Below are positions 24,346 to 36,651 of a DNA stretch of 64,000 nt, piece by piece. This DNA is from Macrostomum lignano (taxonomy: Eukaryota). The stretch spans positions 177,239 through 241,238 of the forward strand of contig NIVC01000596.1 of assembly GCA_002269645.1 (NCBI GenBank), given 5' to 3'. The position numbers were made by a program, and so were the translations under genes. Under the pieces are notes generated by a model that was not told the DNA's origin, did not search any database, and was given only the letters and a program-made list of their open reading frames with translations. Each line of letters opens with the position of its first letter. The first letter of the stretch is position 1.

Positions 24346-25080
24346 CCGCAAACTGAACAGTGGCCCATTGAAACTCTTGTCCCCCAAAACTATACTGTAA
24401 AAGTTTTGGTCTAACTGTCGGGCAAGATTCAGACAAGTACTAAAATCAGAAATCAAAATGTAGTATACAATAAATACAAACATGATAAGCTAAAACCATT
24501 TTTAAGGTACTGCGAGAACGAACTTTTAATAAGTGTCAAAAATTAACAAATTTTTATTTATTTACAACTACAATATTCGAATACTTAGTTCGTCTTATTG
24601 TTCATAGAGCTTCCCTTACAATAAATTATTGACAATTAGAACTGTTTTTTACAAGTTTGTTAGTTTGATTAGAATGATAATTCTCTTTGTACAATGACCA
24701 CTGATACATGCTGCTCCGATTCTGTGGACCTTCAGTTTAATTAAATCAAATTTGATTTATTTTTTAAGCCCTTATTATTATTCTAATTTGCATCGATTGT
24801 TTGCGGCGAGTTTTTGTGTGCTTTTACAACCCCTGCCCTACCGTTACCAACACAATAAAAGTGCTTTGTTGCTGTGCGTCCATTTCTGATTAATAATTAT
24901 ATCCCATACAGTTTTTGAATTTTTATTAAACTCGTTTCGTAATCAGATTCTAAACAAATTCAATGTACCATTGTGTTTAATGTGTGTTGTGGTGCTGCAG
25001 AATAAATTATAAGCTTCATCGATGTTTCTGACAGATTATAAAAATCAGTTATTGTGTTGAATCAGCATGGTCTTTTATAA

Positions 25081-25310
25081 GGGGCCGTAGCCTGGTCGTC
25101 CAACGCAGGCTCTGGTGTGCCAGCGACCCAGGCTCGATTCCAAGTGCAGTCACATTAATTTGGGGCTGAATTGGAATCTCGGCTTGGCTCTGCTCGTGCA
25201 ATTAACTCCGAGCTTGAGTGAAGTGTACATGCCTAACGATAAATAAAGTTAGGGCCGCTGTACACTCCTGTGTGAGTGTGTGCCTGCTCAGGGGAGTCGG
25301 CAGAGTGGGC
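25081..25310 (+). mobile_element. tRNA-derived SINE family A, copy 1 (internally shortened)
   Basis: ggggccgtagcc head, B-box-like ggctcgattcc, body shared with 30249 and 34664. Confidence 0.8.
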
Positions 25311-26204
25311 CTCTAATAAAATCAATGAAAAGCGATATGATTGGTTAATTGATAGAATCAGTGATTTTATTTTAGAAAACTATAAGCTCTGTTTATTGTG
25401 CTCCAAAAAAAAAGAATTTAACAATTTTAGCGACAAGTTTTCACGTTTACATTGGCTACAGAAAATAAAATTTTGCCACCTTATTATCGACTTAACTAAA
25501 CACAGCTTAAAGCAAAAGTTAAATATGGCAGCATTAGGAAACAGCGTATATGAACGAGTAAAATAGCTTATAGTTGCAAAAAATCGCGAGTTTAGGCAAA
25601 AAGGAAACTAGAATTACATTGAAAGTTTTAACAATCAGTTGAAAAGATTAATTTGCTTTAGGGCATTAGGGGGGGGTTACAAAAACTTGCATAAATATTC
25701 ATGATATACGTAAATATATCAAAAAAGACGTAAATACACTAAAAAAGAAAATAGAAATATTCCATAAACAGTAAAATCAGATAGGCAGTTTAACAACAAA
25801 GAATTCATCTACGCGTGTGTCAGCTACAGCAAGGTTTGCAAAATAGTTATCTTCAAAAAATAGACAGAGCATTAGCAAGAATACAAAAATAAACAAATTT
25901 CAGGCATGCAACGGTCATTAACTGGTAACTGCTATCTTTGTTCTCTAATTCCATCAACAAAAACCAGCGATTCTTAAGTTATTAAACTTCCGATCAGAAC
26001 AATATCAAGTAAAGATTAGCATTAAAAAAATCTGATATCAAGTTCTTTATCAGCTTCATTAGAGATCAGCTCAGCATCAACTTAAATCTGTGACGTAAAA
26101 ACTCTCAAAAACTCAAACCTGTCCTAAACTCAAACGCCAAGTTGTCAGAGTCATCCAAACCACAAAATTTTATCTTTTTGCCTCCAGTAGAAGGCATGGC
26201 CGGC

Positions 26205-28069
26205 TCAGGCGCAGCTGCCGTAGCGGATCAGGCCGAACAGCAGCAGGCCGCTGTCGCTCAGCGAGTTGCCGCCCGACTCGCCGCTGCAGCCGACGCCGGA
26301 GCAGAAGGAGCCGCCGCCGCCGCCGGCCTGCGTGCCTTGACTGCCGGCTCCGCCGCCGCTGAAGCCGCCGCCGGCTCCGGAGGAGCCGATTGAGTGGCTG
26401 CCGCCTCCGCCTCCGCCGAAGCCTCCGACGGCGCCTTCGTTGGAATGAGCGGCGACGCCGCCGACCCAGCCCTGGCTGATGCCGCCTCCTCGATCGCCGG
26501 AGCACGTGGTGGTCCTGGCGCTGGCGGCTCCCAGCCAGCCGGCTCCAAGGCCTCCCTTCCATGAGCTGAGTGACGGTCCGTAGCTCCCGGGCTGCCCGTT
26601 CGCACCGCCAGAGCCGATGTAGGAGACCGACACGGAGCCGACGGAGCCGCTTCCGTTCGGGCCGGCCGATCCGTTCCGTCCTGCGGTGTTGAAGCCGGAA
26701 AGACGGCAAGTTCTGCATGTGCACGCAGATGATGAAGCCGGAAAGACGGCAAGTTCTGCATGTGCACGCAGATGATGAAGCCGGAAAGACGGCAAGTTCT
26801 GCATGTGCACGCAGATGATGAAGCCGGAAAGACGGCAAGTTCTGCATGTGCACGCAGATGATGAAGCCGGAAAGACGGCAAGTTCTGCATGTGCACGCAG
26901 ATGATGAAGCCGGAAAGATGGCAAGTTCTGCATGTGCACGCAGATGATGAAGCCGGAAAGACGGCAAGTTCTGCATGTGCACGCAGATGATGAAGCCGGA
27001 AAGATGGCAAGTTCTGCATGTGCACGCAGATGATGAAGCCGGAAAGATGGCAAGTTCTGCATGTGCACGCAGATGATGAAGCCGGAAAGATGGCAAGTTC
27101 TGCATGTGCACGCAGATGATGAAGCCGGAAAGATGGCAAGTTCTGCATGTGCAAGCTGATGATAAAGCAAATGTCAGGAGAGGCACAATTTTAATCACCG
27201 TTGAATCCAGCCGCGCCGCCACCGCCTCCACCGGCAGCCAGGTACAGCAGGTTGTCCGAGCTCCGGTACACGAAGGTGCCGCCGCCGCCGCCAGATGGGC
27301 CGCTGGAACTAGATTCAGACGGGTCGCTGCCCCGCTGTCCGATCACCAGGCTGAGCTGCGTTCCCGCCGTCAGGTTGAAGCTGCCTCCGATGCGGGCCCC
27401 GAATCCACCAGTGTAGACGGGGCTGTTCGAGCTGCCGCCTCTGGCTCCCAGCGCCTCCATGCGGTAGCAGCCGGTCTCGTTCACCGTCAGGGTCTGGATG
27501 GAGCCGGTCCGGCCCGAGCTGCTGTCTGGAATGCGGGTCAGCTCCTCTGTGAGCGCTGCCGTGCAAAACTGAACAACAGTGCTTCTATTTGATAGGCAAG
27601 AGTGAAATGAGCAGTCTCACTTTTATAGGCATAGATGGCCTTGGCTAGCTGGGATTCGAAATTTTCTGACAAGAATACTTCATCAGGACCAGCTCGAATT
27701 TCAGTTTTAATATCGCACTCGACCTTCTTCGTTTCATTGAACACCAGGGTCTCCAGTTTAATTATCTGACAGACTCCGTCCTTGAAGTCCGCAGCCGAGA
27801 AGCCGGAGCTGCTGGCCCTGAAGATGCACTCGGTGCTGCTTCGAATGTCCCGGAGAGTGTGCACTGACTTGCAGACATTCTTCTCCACGACAACCGAGCC
27901 GGCGGGTGCCTGCTTCAGATGGAACACCTCGCCGGTAGGGTTTTCGGCCGCCGTTAGACCAACAAGTCCTGCAAGGTTTTGAGAAATCGCAGTGGAGACA
28001 GAGACAATCACAAACTAACTGAAGGAGCTAAACAGCCTTACCGATGAGAAGCAGAAAGAGCAGAAACAT
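26205..28069 (-). CDS. Secreted 399-aa protein: signal peptide, Cys-containing (PAN/apple-like?) module, ALK/LTK-type glycine-rich domain. Exons: 28069-28042, 27968-27621, 27546-27199, 26680-26205
   Basis: MFLLFLLLIGLVGLTAA leader; QTLTVNETGCYRMEALGARGG, GARIGGSFNLTAGTQLSLVIGQRG, GGGGGTFV...LYLAAGGGGG, GGFGGGGGG, GAGGGFSGG, GGGGGSF. All introns are GT-AG phase 1 and the total of 1200 nt is in frame. Confidence 0.85.
26691..27160. repeat. 43-bp minisatellite, ~11 copies, filling intron 3 of the glycine-rich gene
   Basis: Unit gaagccggaaagacggcaagttctgcatgtgcacgcagatgat. Confidence 0.95.
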
Positions 28070-29169
28070 GGTTGAAGCCAAAGCAGTTTGTTAGCAGGGG
28101 TATAAGTCGTCTTGAAGCTTTTGATGGAAGCGCTCGGCCTTCATCCAAGCGGCCGGGTATTTAAAAACAACCAAATGGGGTATTAGGTGATGCGGGTTCC
28201 CATGCCAACGCGGCGATGCCTCATCTGTCTGATTGGCTGCAGGCAACTTGCGGGGGAAGAGGTTCTATCACTCGGCCACCGCGTGTAAATAGAATTAGAG
28301 TCGAGGCCTAGAAACTTGTGGGGTGATTTTGACAGACGTTTCAGGGCCGAGCAAGACAATGAAGGCGAAGCCCAGAGTTACTGAAGTTACTGAACTGTGA
28401 CAGCTGCGCGATCAGCTCCGCTGACACGGGGGCTTGCTGGGCAATCCTTACTGAATAGGCCTCCTCGCCCAGCAGCATTGGCTGAGACAAAGAAGCTTTG
28501 ACTGCATGGTCCAAGAGTTTTACAGCCAGCTCTGCATCTGCATGCGTGTGTGCGCCATCAATGCAATGCATTGGGCCAGACTCACTAACGTCTGTGTCTC
28601 TTGGGTTAGACTTTCTTAAGCTTACATGTAGATTTGCATGTATGCAGTTAGTCTTACTGTAGCTCGGCTATGCTCCAGCTCCTTGTTAACAAATTATTTT
28701 GCCTTGGCAAGCAACTAAGCCAAGGCGTGTGATGCTCCCCTTCGTGTCTGCTGCATCCGTAACGCAGTGACCAGGGATAATTTTATATGGGATGCTACAT
28801 CCCTGTCTACTGACAGCAGTCGTGAAGATTTAATCTAGCCAGAATCTCAATCGAGTGAATCCCTGTATCCAACGAAAGGTAATGTTGCATTTGGGAAGCA
28901 ATAGAAAACGAAAGATACCGCGGAACTCCTGCAGACACGATCAACAAAGAGTGATGAAAACTAAGTAAATTTTATACCATGGGTAAATACCTCATCAGCA
29001 AACGGATAACCCGAGTACAAGAGAGAATTTTTACGAACTAACAGGTTTCAGATGACAATATCATTTTATTTGCCTTGACAACACCGCACATCAGTTTCGT
29101 TTGCTTGTTGACAGGGCAGGAGACAAACCCAATACCTACGGTGTGACTTCCGGTGTGTGCCTGCAGGAG

Positions 29170-29461
29170 GGCAGCGTCAGATGTCGCATTGGGAACGGTA
29201 AACTACGGCGATCGTGGAGGTGGCATCAACGAGAGCTGGATCGGCGGCGTCGCCGGACACGGCAACGAGGGCGCCATCGGTGGCTTCGGTGGAGGCGGCA
29301 GCCATCAAAGCGGCGGAGCCGGTAGCTGGTATCCGCAGGCCGGCGGCGGCGGCGGCTCCTTCTGCTCCGGCGTCGGCTGCAGCGGCGAGTCGGGCGGCAA
29401 CTCGCTGAGCGACAGCGGCCTGCTGCTGTTCGGCCTGATCCGCCCTGGCAGCTGCGCCTGA
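29170..29461 (+). pseudogene. Inverted, 5'-truncated paralog of the last exon of the ALK-like glycine-rich gene
   Basis: GDRGGGINESWIGGVAGHGNEGAIGGFGGGG...GLIRPGSCA*; 29335-29443 is identical to the reverse complement of 26223-26331. No upstream exons were recognised. Confidence 0.8.
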
Positions 29462-30248
29462 GCCGGTTATTTTAATACTGAAGTTTTGGATGACTCTTGA
29501 CAACTTGGTGGTGAGTCTATAGGCCGAGTTTCCACCAACTGTTTTGGCTGACTACTGCGGACACTGAATAGCAGAAATAATTTTTATATCAGACCATTTT
29601 CGCGAGTTCTCAAGACATATGTCAGGATTTGAGTTGATGCTCTGTTCGTTAATGAAACTTAAATGTTCTTTATATTGTTCTGGTATGAATCCTGGCGTAC
29701 ATGCTGATATCAACATGTCACAAGCTTTCACATACCACATACTTACCTTTATGTTACGCTCGTAAACAATTTTTAGTTTACTAATTAGTTTGTCTTCATC
29801 TGTAGAAACAGCTGAATCTGGAGCCACTTATCAAATCAAATGAATTGTTTTTTCTAATTAGATTTTTAACTAGCTACTGCAATTGTGTTTTAATAATTTC
29901 TGTTTAATAATTGTTTTCTTTACATTTACAATTTTGCTTGTTTTTTCACATTTTGGATAATTTTATTTTTGAAAGCTGCTTCGACTCTACCCACTTTCCT
30001 CTATCAACTATAAATGGTAAAAAATATTCCTCTGTTAATAATACACTGGATTATTCTCTATTACAGTTAGAATAACACTTGCACATAAAATTTTACGTTT
30101 TGCTCTGCTGCAGCAACTTATTTATTTTTTTCATGTTTGTCAATAGGCGGTCGGCAGAGATCGAGTTTCTGGTTTGTGTCAGAGAATTTGGTAATAAATG
30201 CTTACGTAAACATTAAATACGAGTATATTGAATGCCACCGACAAGAGC

Positions 30249-30570
30249 GGGCCGTAGCCCAGTGGTCTGGCGCGGCGCTCTGATGTACCAGCGGCCCAGG
30301 CTCGATTCCAAGTGCAGTCACATTAATTTAGAGCTAAATTGGAATCTCGGCTTGGCTCTACTCATGCAATTAACGCCCATGATCAGGACCAACCCCCCCA
30401 CAGGCACAGGAAGTGTACATGTCTAACGATAAAGTTAGGGCCGCTGTACACTCCTGTGCGAGTGTGTGTCTGTGCTTATGACTGCGTACGTATCCGCGCG
30501 CTTGTGTGCCTGCTCATGGGAGTCGGCGGAATGGGCAGTAATGCCTCTCGCCGGTTGTGTGACAATGTCG
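30249..30570 (+). mobile_element. tRNA-derived SINE family A, copy 2
   Basis: A-box tagcccagtgg, B-box-like ggctcgattcc, shared body. Confidence 0.85.
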
Positions 30571-31143
30571 CTTAAAGTGCGCCAAAGTGCACACAGGCCC
30601 TTCCCTGTAACTGTAACTAACCGATCCATAAACGAACGCGCATGCGCTCGAAGAACAGGCGGGAGGAGCAGACAGCAGCAGCCTGAGAGGTCAGCGCAAG
30701 CGCCTGTGACAGTGTGAGCCTGGCCGTGGTGCAATTGAAGACCTTCCTGAGGAGGTGCTCGGCGCGCTAGACCCAACTGCTCAACATCCACAGCTAGTCT
30801 CTCAAGCATTCATTCCATCATCACCCCGATGCCGTCGGCACCTTCAACGGGTAGCACCGGGTGACTATGGAAACCGAAAAAAAAGATTTTTCATCATACC
30901 CTTCATATCCCAGAAGGTCTTAAAAAACAAAAAACAACTCTAAGCATATTTTTTCCTGTGAAAACGCGCAAATAAAGATTATACTTTCGCCATACTCGGT
31001 AATGATCCGCCAATGTATTTATTATTATAAACGCAATCAAAAACAGCAACCAGGCTTACATTAGACACACCACAGATCGCAATTAACTAGAAGTTGGGAT
31101 AATAACGAAATGCTCCAACCGCTTGAGTTCAAGTCGCCTAACT

Positions 31144-34100
31144 TCACTCCGAGTCGGACTCGAATCTGATCGAGCACACGCCCGTGTCGATAGCGCCGCC
31201 TTTGTAGCTGCCGCGTTTTTTCTTTGTCTTCTCGTGACGAAACGAGCGACCCTGCGTCGGCTTGAGATCCTCGTTGGCCTTGTAGCCCCAGCTGGAGGCG
31301 GCGCCGGGCTGGCCGAATTTATAGTACACACAATCCATTTTGTCAGAAATGAGTATTAGCATATTAGAAAACTACAATTTGTGTATTAAAGTACATTTCT
31401 CTTACCTTAGCATCGAAGCTGTTATCTCGAAAATGCTTATTTATCACTTCGTCTTCGCGAACGCGACGATATGGTTCGTTATGCCGCTTCTTGTTCTGGA
31501 ATAGCGGTGTAATAAATCACTGGTCAGATTAGAGCCGATTGTAAACTGTAATTGAAAATTCTTCAACTGAGCTATTCGGTGATTCTAAGGAGACGATTAT
31601 TGATCGATAATAAAGACTGGATTAGATGCGATTATTGATTGATAATAAAGACCGGATTAGATGCGATTATTGATTGATAATAAAGACTGGATTAGATGCG
31701 ATTATTGATTGATAATAAAGACCGGATTAGAGACGATTATTGATCGATAATAAAGACTGGATTAGATGCGACTATTGATCGATAATAAAGACAGGATTAG
31801 ATGCGATTATTGATTGATAATAAAGACAGGATTAGATGCGACTTTTGATCGATAATAAAGACAGGATTAGATGCGACTTTTGATCGATAATAAAGACAGG
31901 ATTAGATGCGACTTTTGATCGATAATAAAGACAGGATTGGATGTGATTATTGATCGATAATAAAGACAGGATTAGATGCGATTATTGATCGATAATAAAG
32001 ACAGGATTGGATGTGATTATTGATCGATAATAAAGACAGGATTAGATGCGATTATTGATCGATAATAAAGACAGGATTGGATGTGATTATTGATCGATAA
32101 TTAAGATAGGAATAAATGCAAATATGGGAAGATAATAAGACTGGATTAAAGAATAAAATAACCTGTCTAACTACTACTAGTAGCTATTTAGTGTCGCACC
32201 TTTCCACTTTTCGATCCATTGAGTTCGGCGGAAGCTTCAGTCTGCTTCTCCTGAACTTCCTGCCCATCGGCCTCCAGCTTCTGAAACGGATTTTGACATC
32301 CCATTTTGTCAACAATATCGAAATTGAAATATTGAAAGCCAGAAAATCCTTTTACTAAGGCCGACTTTGCTTTCCTAGGAATCCTAGGCAAAAAAATCTG
32401 ACCAAGATTAGCCCGACACCAAGCTACGAGTCGGCACTCACACTGCATTCTTCATCAGCGGTCTTGCTGACATCTTCCTCGACTTCTCGGCGTTGCTTCT
32501 TTCGCTTCTTAGACTTGGGCGCTTCCTCGGATTCGGCAGCGGCCTCCGGCTCAGCTTCCTTCAGCTGGGCTTCATCAGTCTCAGCCTGACCGTTGGCCGT
32601 CTCATCAGGCTGCTCTGCAGCTTCCAACTGGCGTTTCTTTTTCTTCTTTTTGGATTTCTTCTCTTCGGCGTCAGCAGGAACGGCAGCGGCCGGCTCTGCA
32701 ACAGGCTCTTCCTGCTTCTCTGTCACCGGCGCCTCCTCTGCTTTGACAGCTTCTGACTCGGCAGCCGGCTCCGACTTTCTCTGCTTCTTCTTTTTCTTTT
32801 TCTTCTGGGCTGACTCGCCAGTGCCGTTGCAGTCGGCTGGCACTGCATCAGCTTCTTGATCTTCAGACTGGCCATTGGCATCAGTTGAGACAGCAGCAGG
32901 TGAGCCGCTATAAATTAATATAAAAAATGGTAGCTATACCAATTATCAAATAAATTCCATTCAAAACCACAATTACTGATTACCTGTAATACATTTTCAG
33001 CACAGTTAGCAAATCTTCCAGTCCTTTAAAGATGATCTAAAAAAATAGGAAAAGTATGTAATTAAAAACTTCATGAATTTTGCTATAAAAATGCATTAAA
33101 CTACAAGTTGTTCTTTTTTTTATGCAGCCAACATTTTTCTTGTTGGCTGCATAAATATAGGTCTAAAGATTCAAAAAATTGTATACAAAGTCTTTAATAG
33201 ATTATTTGTATAATTATGGTATAAATTTAGGTCTCTAGTGCAGCACATTGGTAAATAAATATTTTTTTTATTACACAATTACTTGTTAATGTAACCTTCA
33301 TTTTTAACATTAAAGTTTTGGTGAATCTTTAATATATTTTTGTGGCTTAGAGCATACATTTGAGCATAGTACACAGATTGTCTATAAAAAAAGTGAAAGG
33401 TAAACGGCGGGAGTAACACCTTTCAGTGACAAAAATGCCTCGTAATCTAATTAGTAATCATATTAGTGCTGTACATTAATTTACTGACAAGATTCAATCT
33501 ATCTTGGGCTTAAAATACTATATCTATCTAGTATCTGAATTGAATTGAACTTCATTCTTATATATCTAATGTAACTAATTCCAATTACTAATACTAGAAC
33601 TGACATTACATTTGTGCAATTTGATAACTTATTTTTATATAGAAGAATTATAAGATATAAGATATATTTTTAAAGCTGGCAGATAAATAGTCTACACTAA
33701 TATCTTTTAATATGCCACACCCAGGAAGGTGTACAGAGGCAGAAAATTCTAGCACATGAACTAAAAAAGTTGTACAACAAAAGTCAAACAGAAATTTTTA
33801 ATTCATAGTGATACTAAGCAAATGCTGATCAGAAAAACTTAGCTTACAATGGGTCATCCAAAATGTATAATCTACAGATAATGCAAAGCAAAAAAATATT
33901 CTTTTAGATTTTTTTCCAAATGAATCAATTAAATAATTGCTTTTTGGTAAGTTAAACAAATAATTCAATTCAAAATGGCACTTTACCAGAAAGTTTTAGC
34001 TGATTTTTGACAATTTTCAATGTGAGCTAAAAAACAGTTTTAAATTAAAAAGTGCTTACTAGTAATCAGTATGAAAGATATAAAATTGATCTCTTATACT

Positions 34101-36651
34101 GTTATTTTAACTTATTGATTTAATTCACATTTTACTCAGTTTTTTAGTTCTATTATGCATTAGTGCTCTAACTAAATATATAAATAAACAAATGTAGGCC
34201 TTGGTATACAAACTTATATTTTAGCTTTGCACACAGCACATTCCAAAAATATGCTAAAATATATTTCCATACAGATGTGATAACCTTCCTAAGTGTGGCT
34301 AATATATATTTTTTATTAGAGGCAGAGGTTGTGTGCACCCTGGTACATTTTAAGCAACATGGGCACACAACCAGCGAGAGGCATTACTGCCCATTCTGCC
34401 AACTCCTTTGAGCAGGCATACAAGCTGCGCGGATATGTACGCAGGCACACACTCACACAGGAGTGTGCAGCGGCCCTAACTTATTTTATCGTTAGGCATG
34501 TACACTTCACTGCGCCTTGGGGGTTGGCTCTCAAGGCCGTTAATTGCACGAGCAGAGCCAAGCCAAGATTCCAATTCAGCCCCAAATTAATGTGACTGCA
34601 CTTGGAATCGAGCCTGGGTTGCTAGCACACCAGAGCCTACGCTAGACTACTGGGCTAAGGCCCCTCGTGGCTAATATATAGGATCATAGTCATTTTGGTG
34701 ATAAGATGTTTCAGTGATATTTTGGTGACAAGCAAGTCATTTTGGTGATAAGAAAAATATCTTTTTGTGATATAGCCATTTTATTTTTAACAGAAAATTA
34801 CCTAAATGTCAATGTGTCTAGTGAATATCTCCGCTTTTCTTGTGGTCAGCATTTCATGAGGATTCTTTATAAGTTTATGGTTTATGTTTCAAAATATTTT
34901 AGGAAACTTCAAAACAATCTGCACAAAAAGAAAACCATATAATTAGTTTGATTTCTTTTTTATATGGTAGTTGATGAAAATGTTCAAATTTGAATGAAAC
35001 ATAAAAAAGCTACAAGCTGATAGGCCTATTCTGAAGTACCTCCTATTACTCAAATAAAGTGTGTCTGTAACAAAAGCAACTTGTCACTGAAACAACTATT
35101 TGTCACCAAAACATCTGTCACTGAAATGACTTGTCACTGAAAGGACTAGTACCCAATATGTAAGGCCTATTTTATATTGTATATAATAATATATTTATTA
35201 AGAGCTAATAGGACATGGATATAAAAAGGATTTGTATACTAAAATGCAGATATGGATGAGGATTACTATTTTGTGGAATCAATACAAATGTATAAATAGC
35301 AAATGCAGAAAATCTTCAGATTTAGATCTGTTATAACATGGATTTATATTCTGCGTTATTTCTATTTCTGTTTAGGCCCTATTTTCAGATAAATTGTTCT
35401 CATTTAAATTTATTGTGAAATAATAATGGAAAATCAGTTTCTCTGTTTTAAAAAGTATAGCTGCTCTAAATAAATTTATATTATAAATACATTATAAATT
35501 TATATAATTTATATATTATAAATTTATTTATAAATATTATCACTACTGATAATAAAAAATAAGAAATTTGATTAGATTTAAAGTTATTTTTTTGCTAGGC
35601 CTAGATATAATAGAAAAATGTATATACACAGTGGCGCAACCAGGGGGGGGGGCAGCTGCCCCCCATAGGCGGAGACCCAAAAAAATCAAAGGGGGGACCA
35701 AGCGAATTTTTGCCAAAAATAGAGCCACCCCTCCGCCCCCCCTCCTGGGACTTTACCCTCTAGAATCCACCCCCTCAAAAAATTTTTAGTTGCGCTACTG
35801 TACATACATAACATGTATACTTCTAGAGACTACAAGTGTATAAAGTTTAAGTTTAGATTCTAAATAGTTCAACTAGATAGTTCAAGTCTAGATTGATTAG
35901 TTTCTTGTTTTTATGTGCCAATTTTTATATGATTTCCTCATTGTGATTTGTTTATTGAAAATGGAGACAATGATTTTCCATAATTATTCACAATAAATTT
36001 GAATAAGAAAAATTTATCTAAAAATTAAATAGAACTAGATAAAAAGCAGAATATAAATCAATGTTTTGATAGAACAAAATCTAGAGATTTTCTGCATCTG
36101 CTATTTATAACCCTATCCATATTGATTCCACAAAATAGTAATCCACATCCATATCCACATTTTGGTATGCAAATCTGTTTCATATCGATATCAATTTTTG
36201 CAGTTTAGTTGGTACCAAGCTAATTCTAAAATATAGAGATTTCTCAGATTTATATCTAGCAATAAAGAGCTTTTCCAATAAATATCTATATAATAATCTC
36301 TTATATAGGTACAGCTATATGATTTCATTAGATAGGTCTAGTTCATTAATTGATTAGTTTACACTTTACAATACACTTTAAAAATATAAATATAAAAATA
36401 TACAAAATATTAAATACAAAGCTTTAGGCCCTAATAATTCTTTAGTAAGGAGTCAAGGACTACTTTAGGAAGACAAAGCCAATATTTTTTCTGAAATTTT
36501 GAAATGCTCTTACAATGTCCTTGCTGTTGGGATTCTGCTGAACAACCTTCCGAAACTGTTCAGCCAGTTCAATGTTTTGAAGCTGGTTTTTAATGTAGTC
36601 ATAGATAAGATAGTTAGCTCTGCAAGTTAACTCCAATTTCGACATATCCAT
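31144..36651 (-). CDS. NOLC1: Nopp140/NOLC1-like nucleolar phosphoprotein, ~330 aa. Exons: 36651-36514, 33036-32984, 32907-32442, 32280-32200, 31495-31406, 31308-31144
   Basis: N-terminal LisH-like YLIYDYIKNQLQNIELAEQF; K/E/A-rich middle; SRP40 C-terminal domain EPYRRVRED...DNSFDAK...WGYKANEDLKPTQGRSFRHEKTKKKRGSYKGGAID. Confidence 0.88.
31590..32105. repeat. 35-bp minisatellite in a NOLC1 intron
   Basis: Unit attagatgcgattattgatcgataataaagacagg. Confidence 0.95.
34355..34664 (-). mobile_element. tRNA-derived SINE family A, copy 3, in NOLC1 intron 1
   Basis: Reverse complement reads ggggccttagcccagtagtc...ggctcgattccaagtgcagtcacatt, with the same body. Confidence 0.85.
35629..35800. mobile_element. 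hAT-like MITE, 172 bp
   Basis: TIRs cagtggcgcaac / gttgcgctactg; 8-bp TSD tatataca / tacataca. Confidence 0.82.

Noticed and set aside
26691-27231. Repeat-encoded N-termini of the 298-353 aa ORFs
   Set aside because: The 43-bp array lies within a phase-compatible GT-AG intron (27198-26681)
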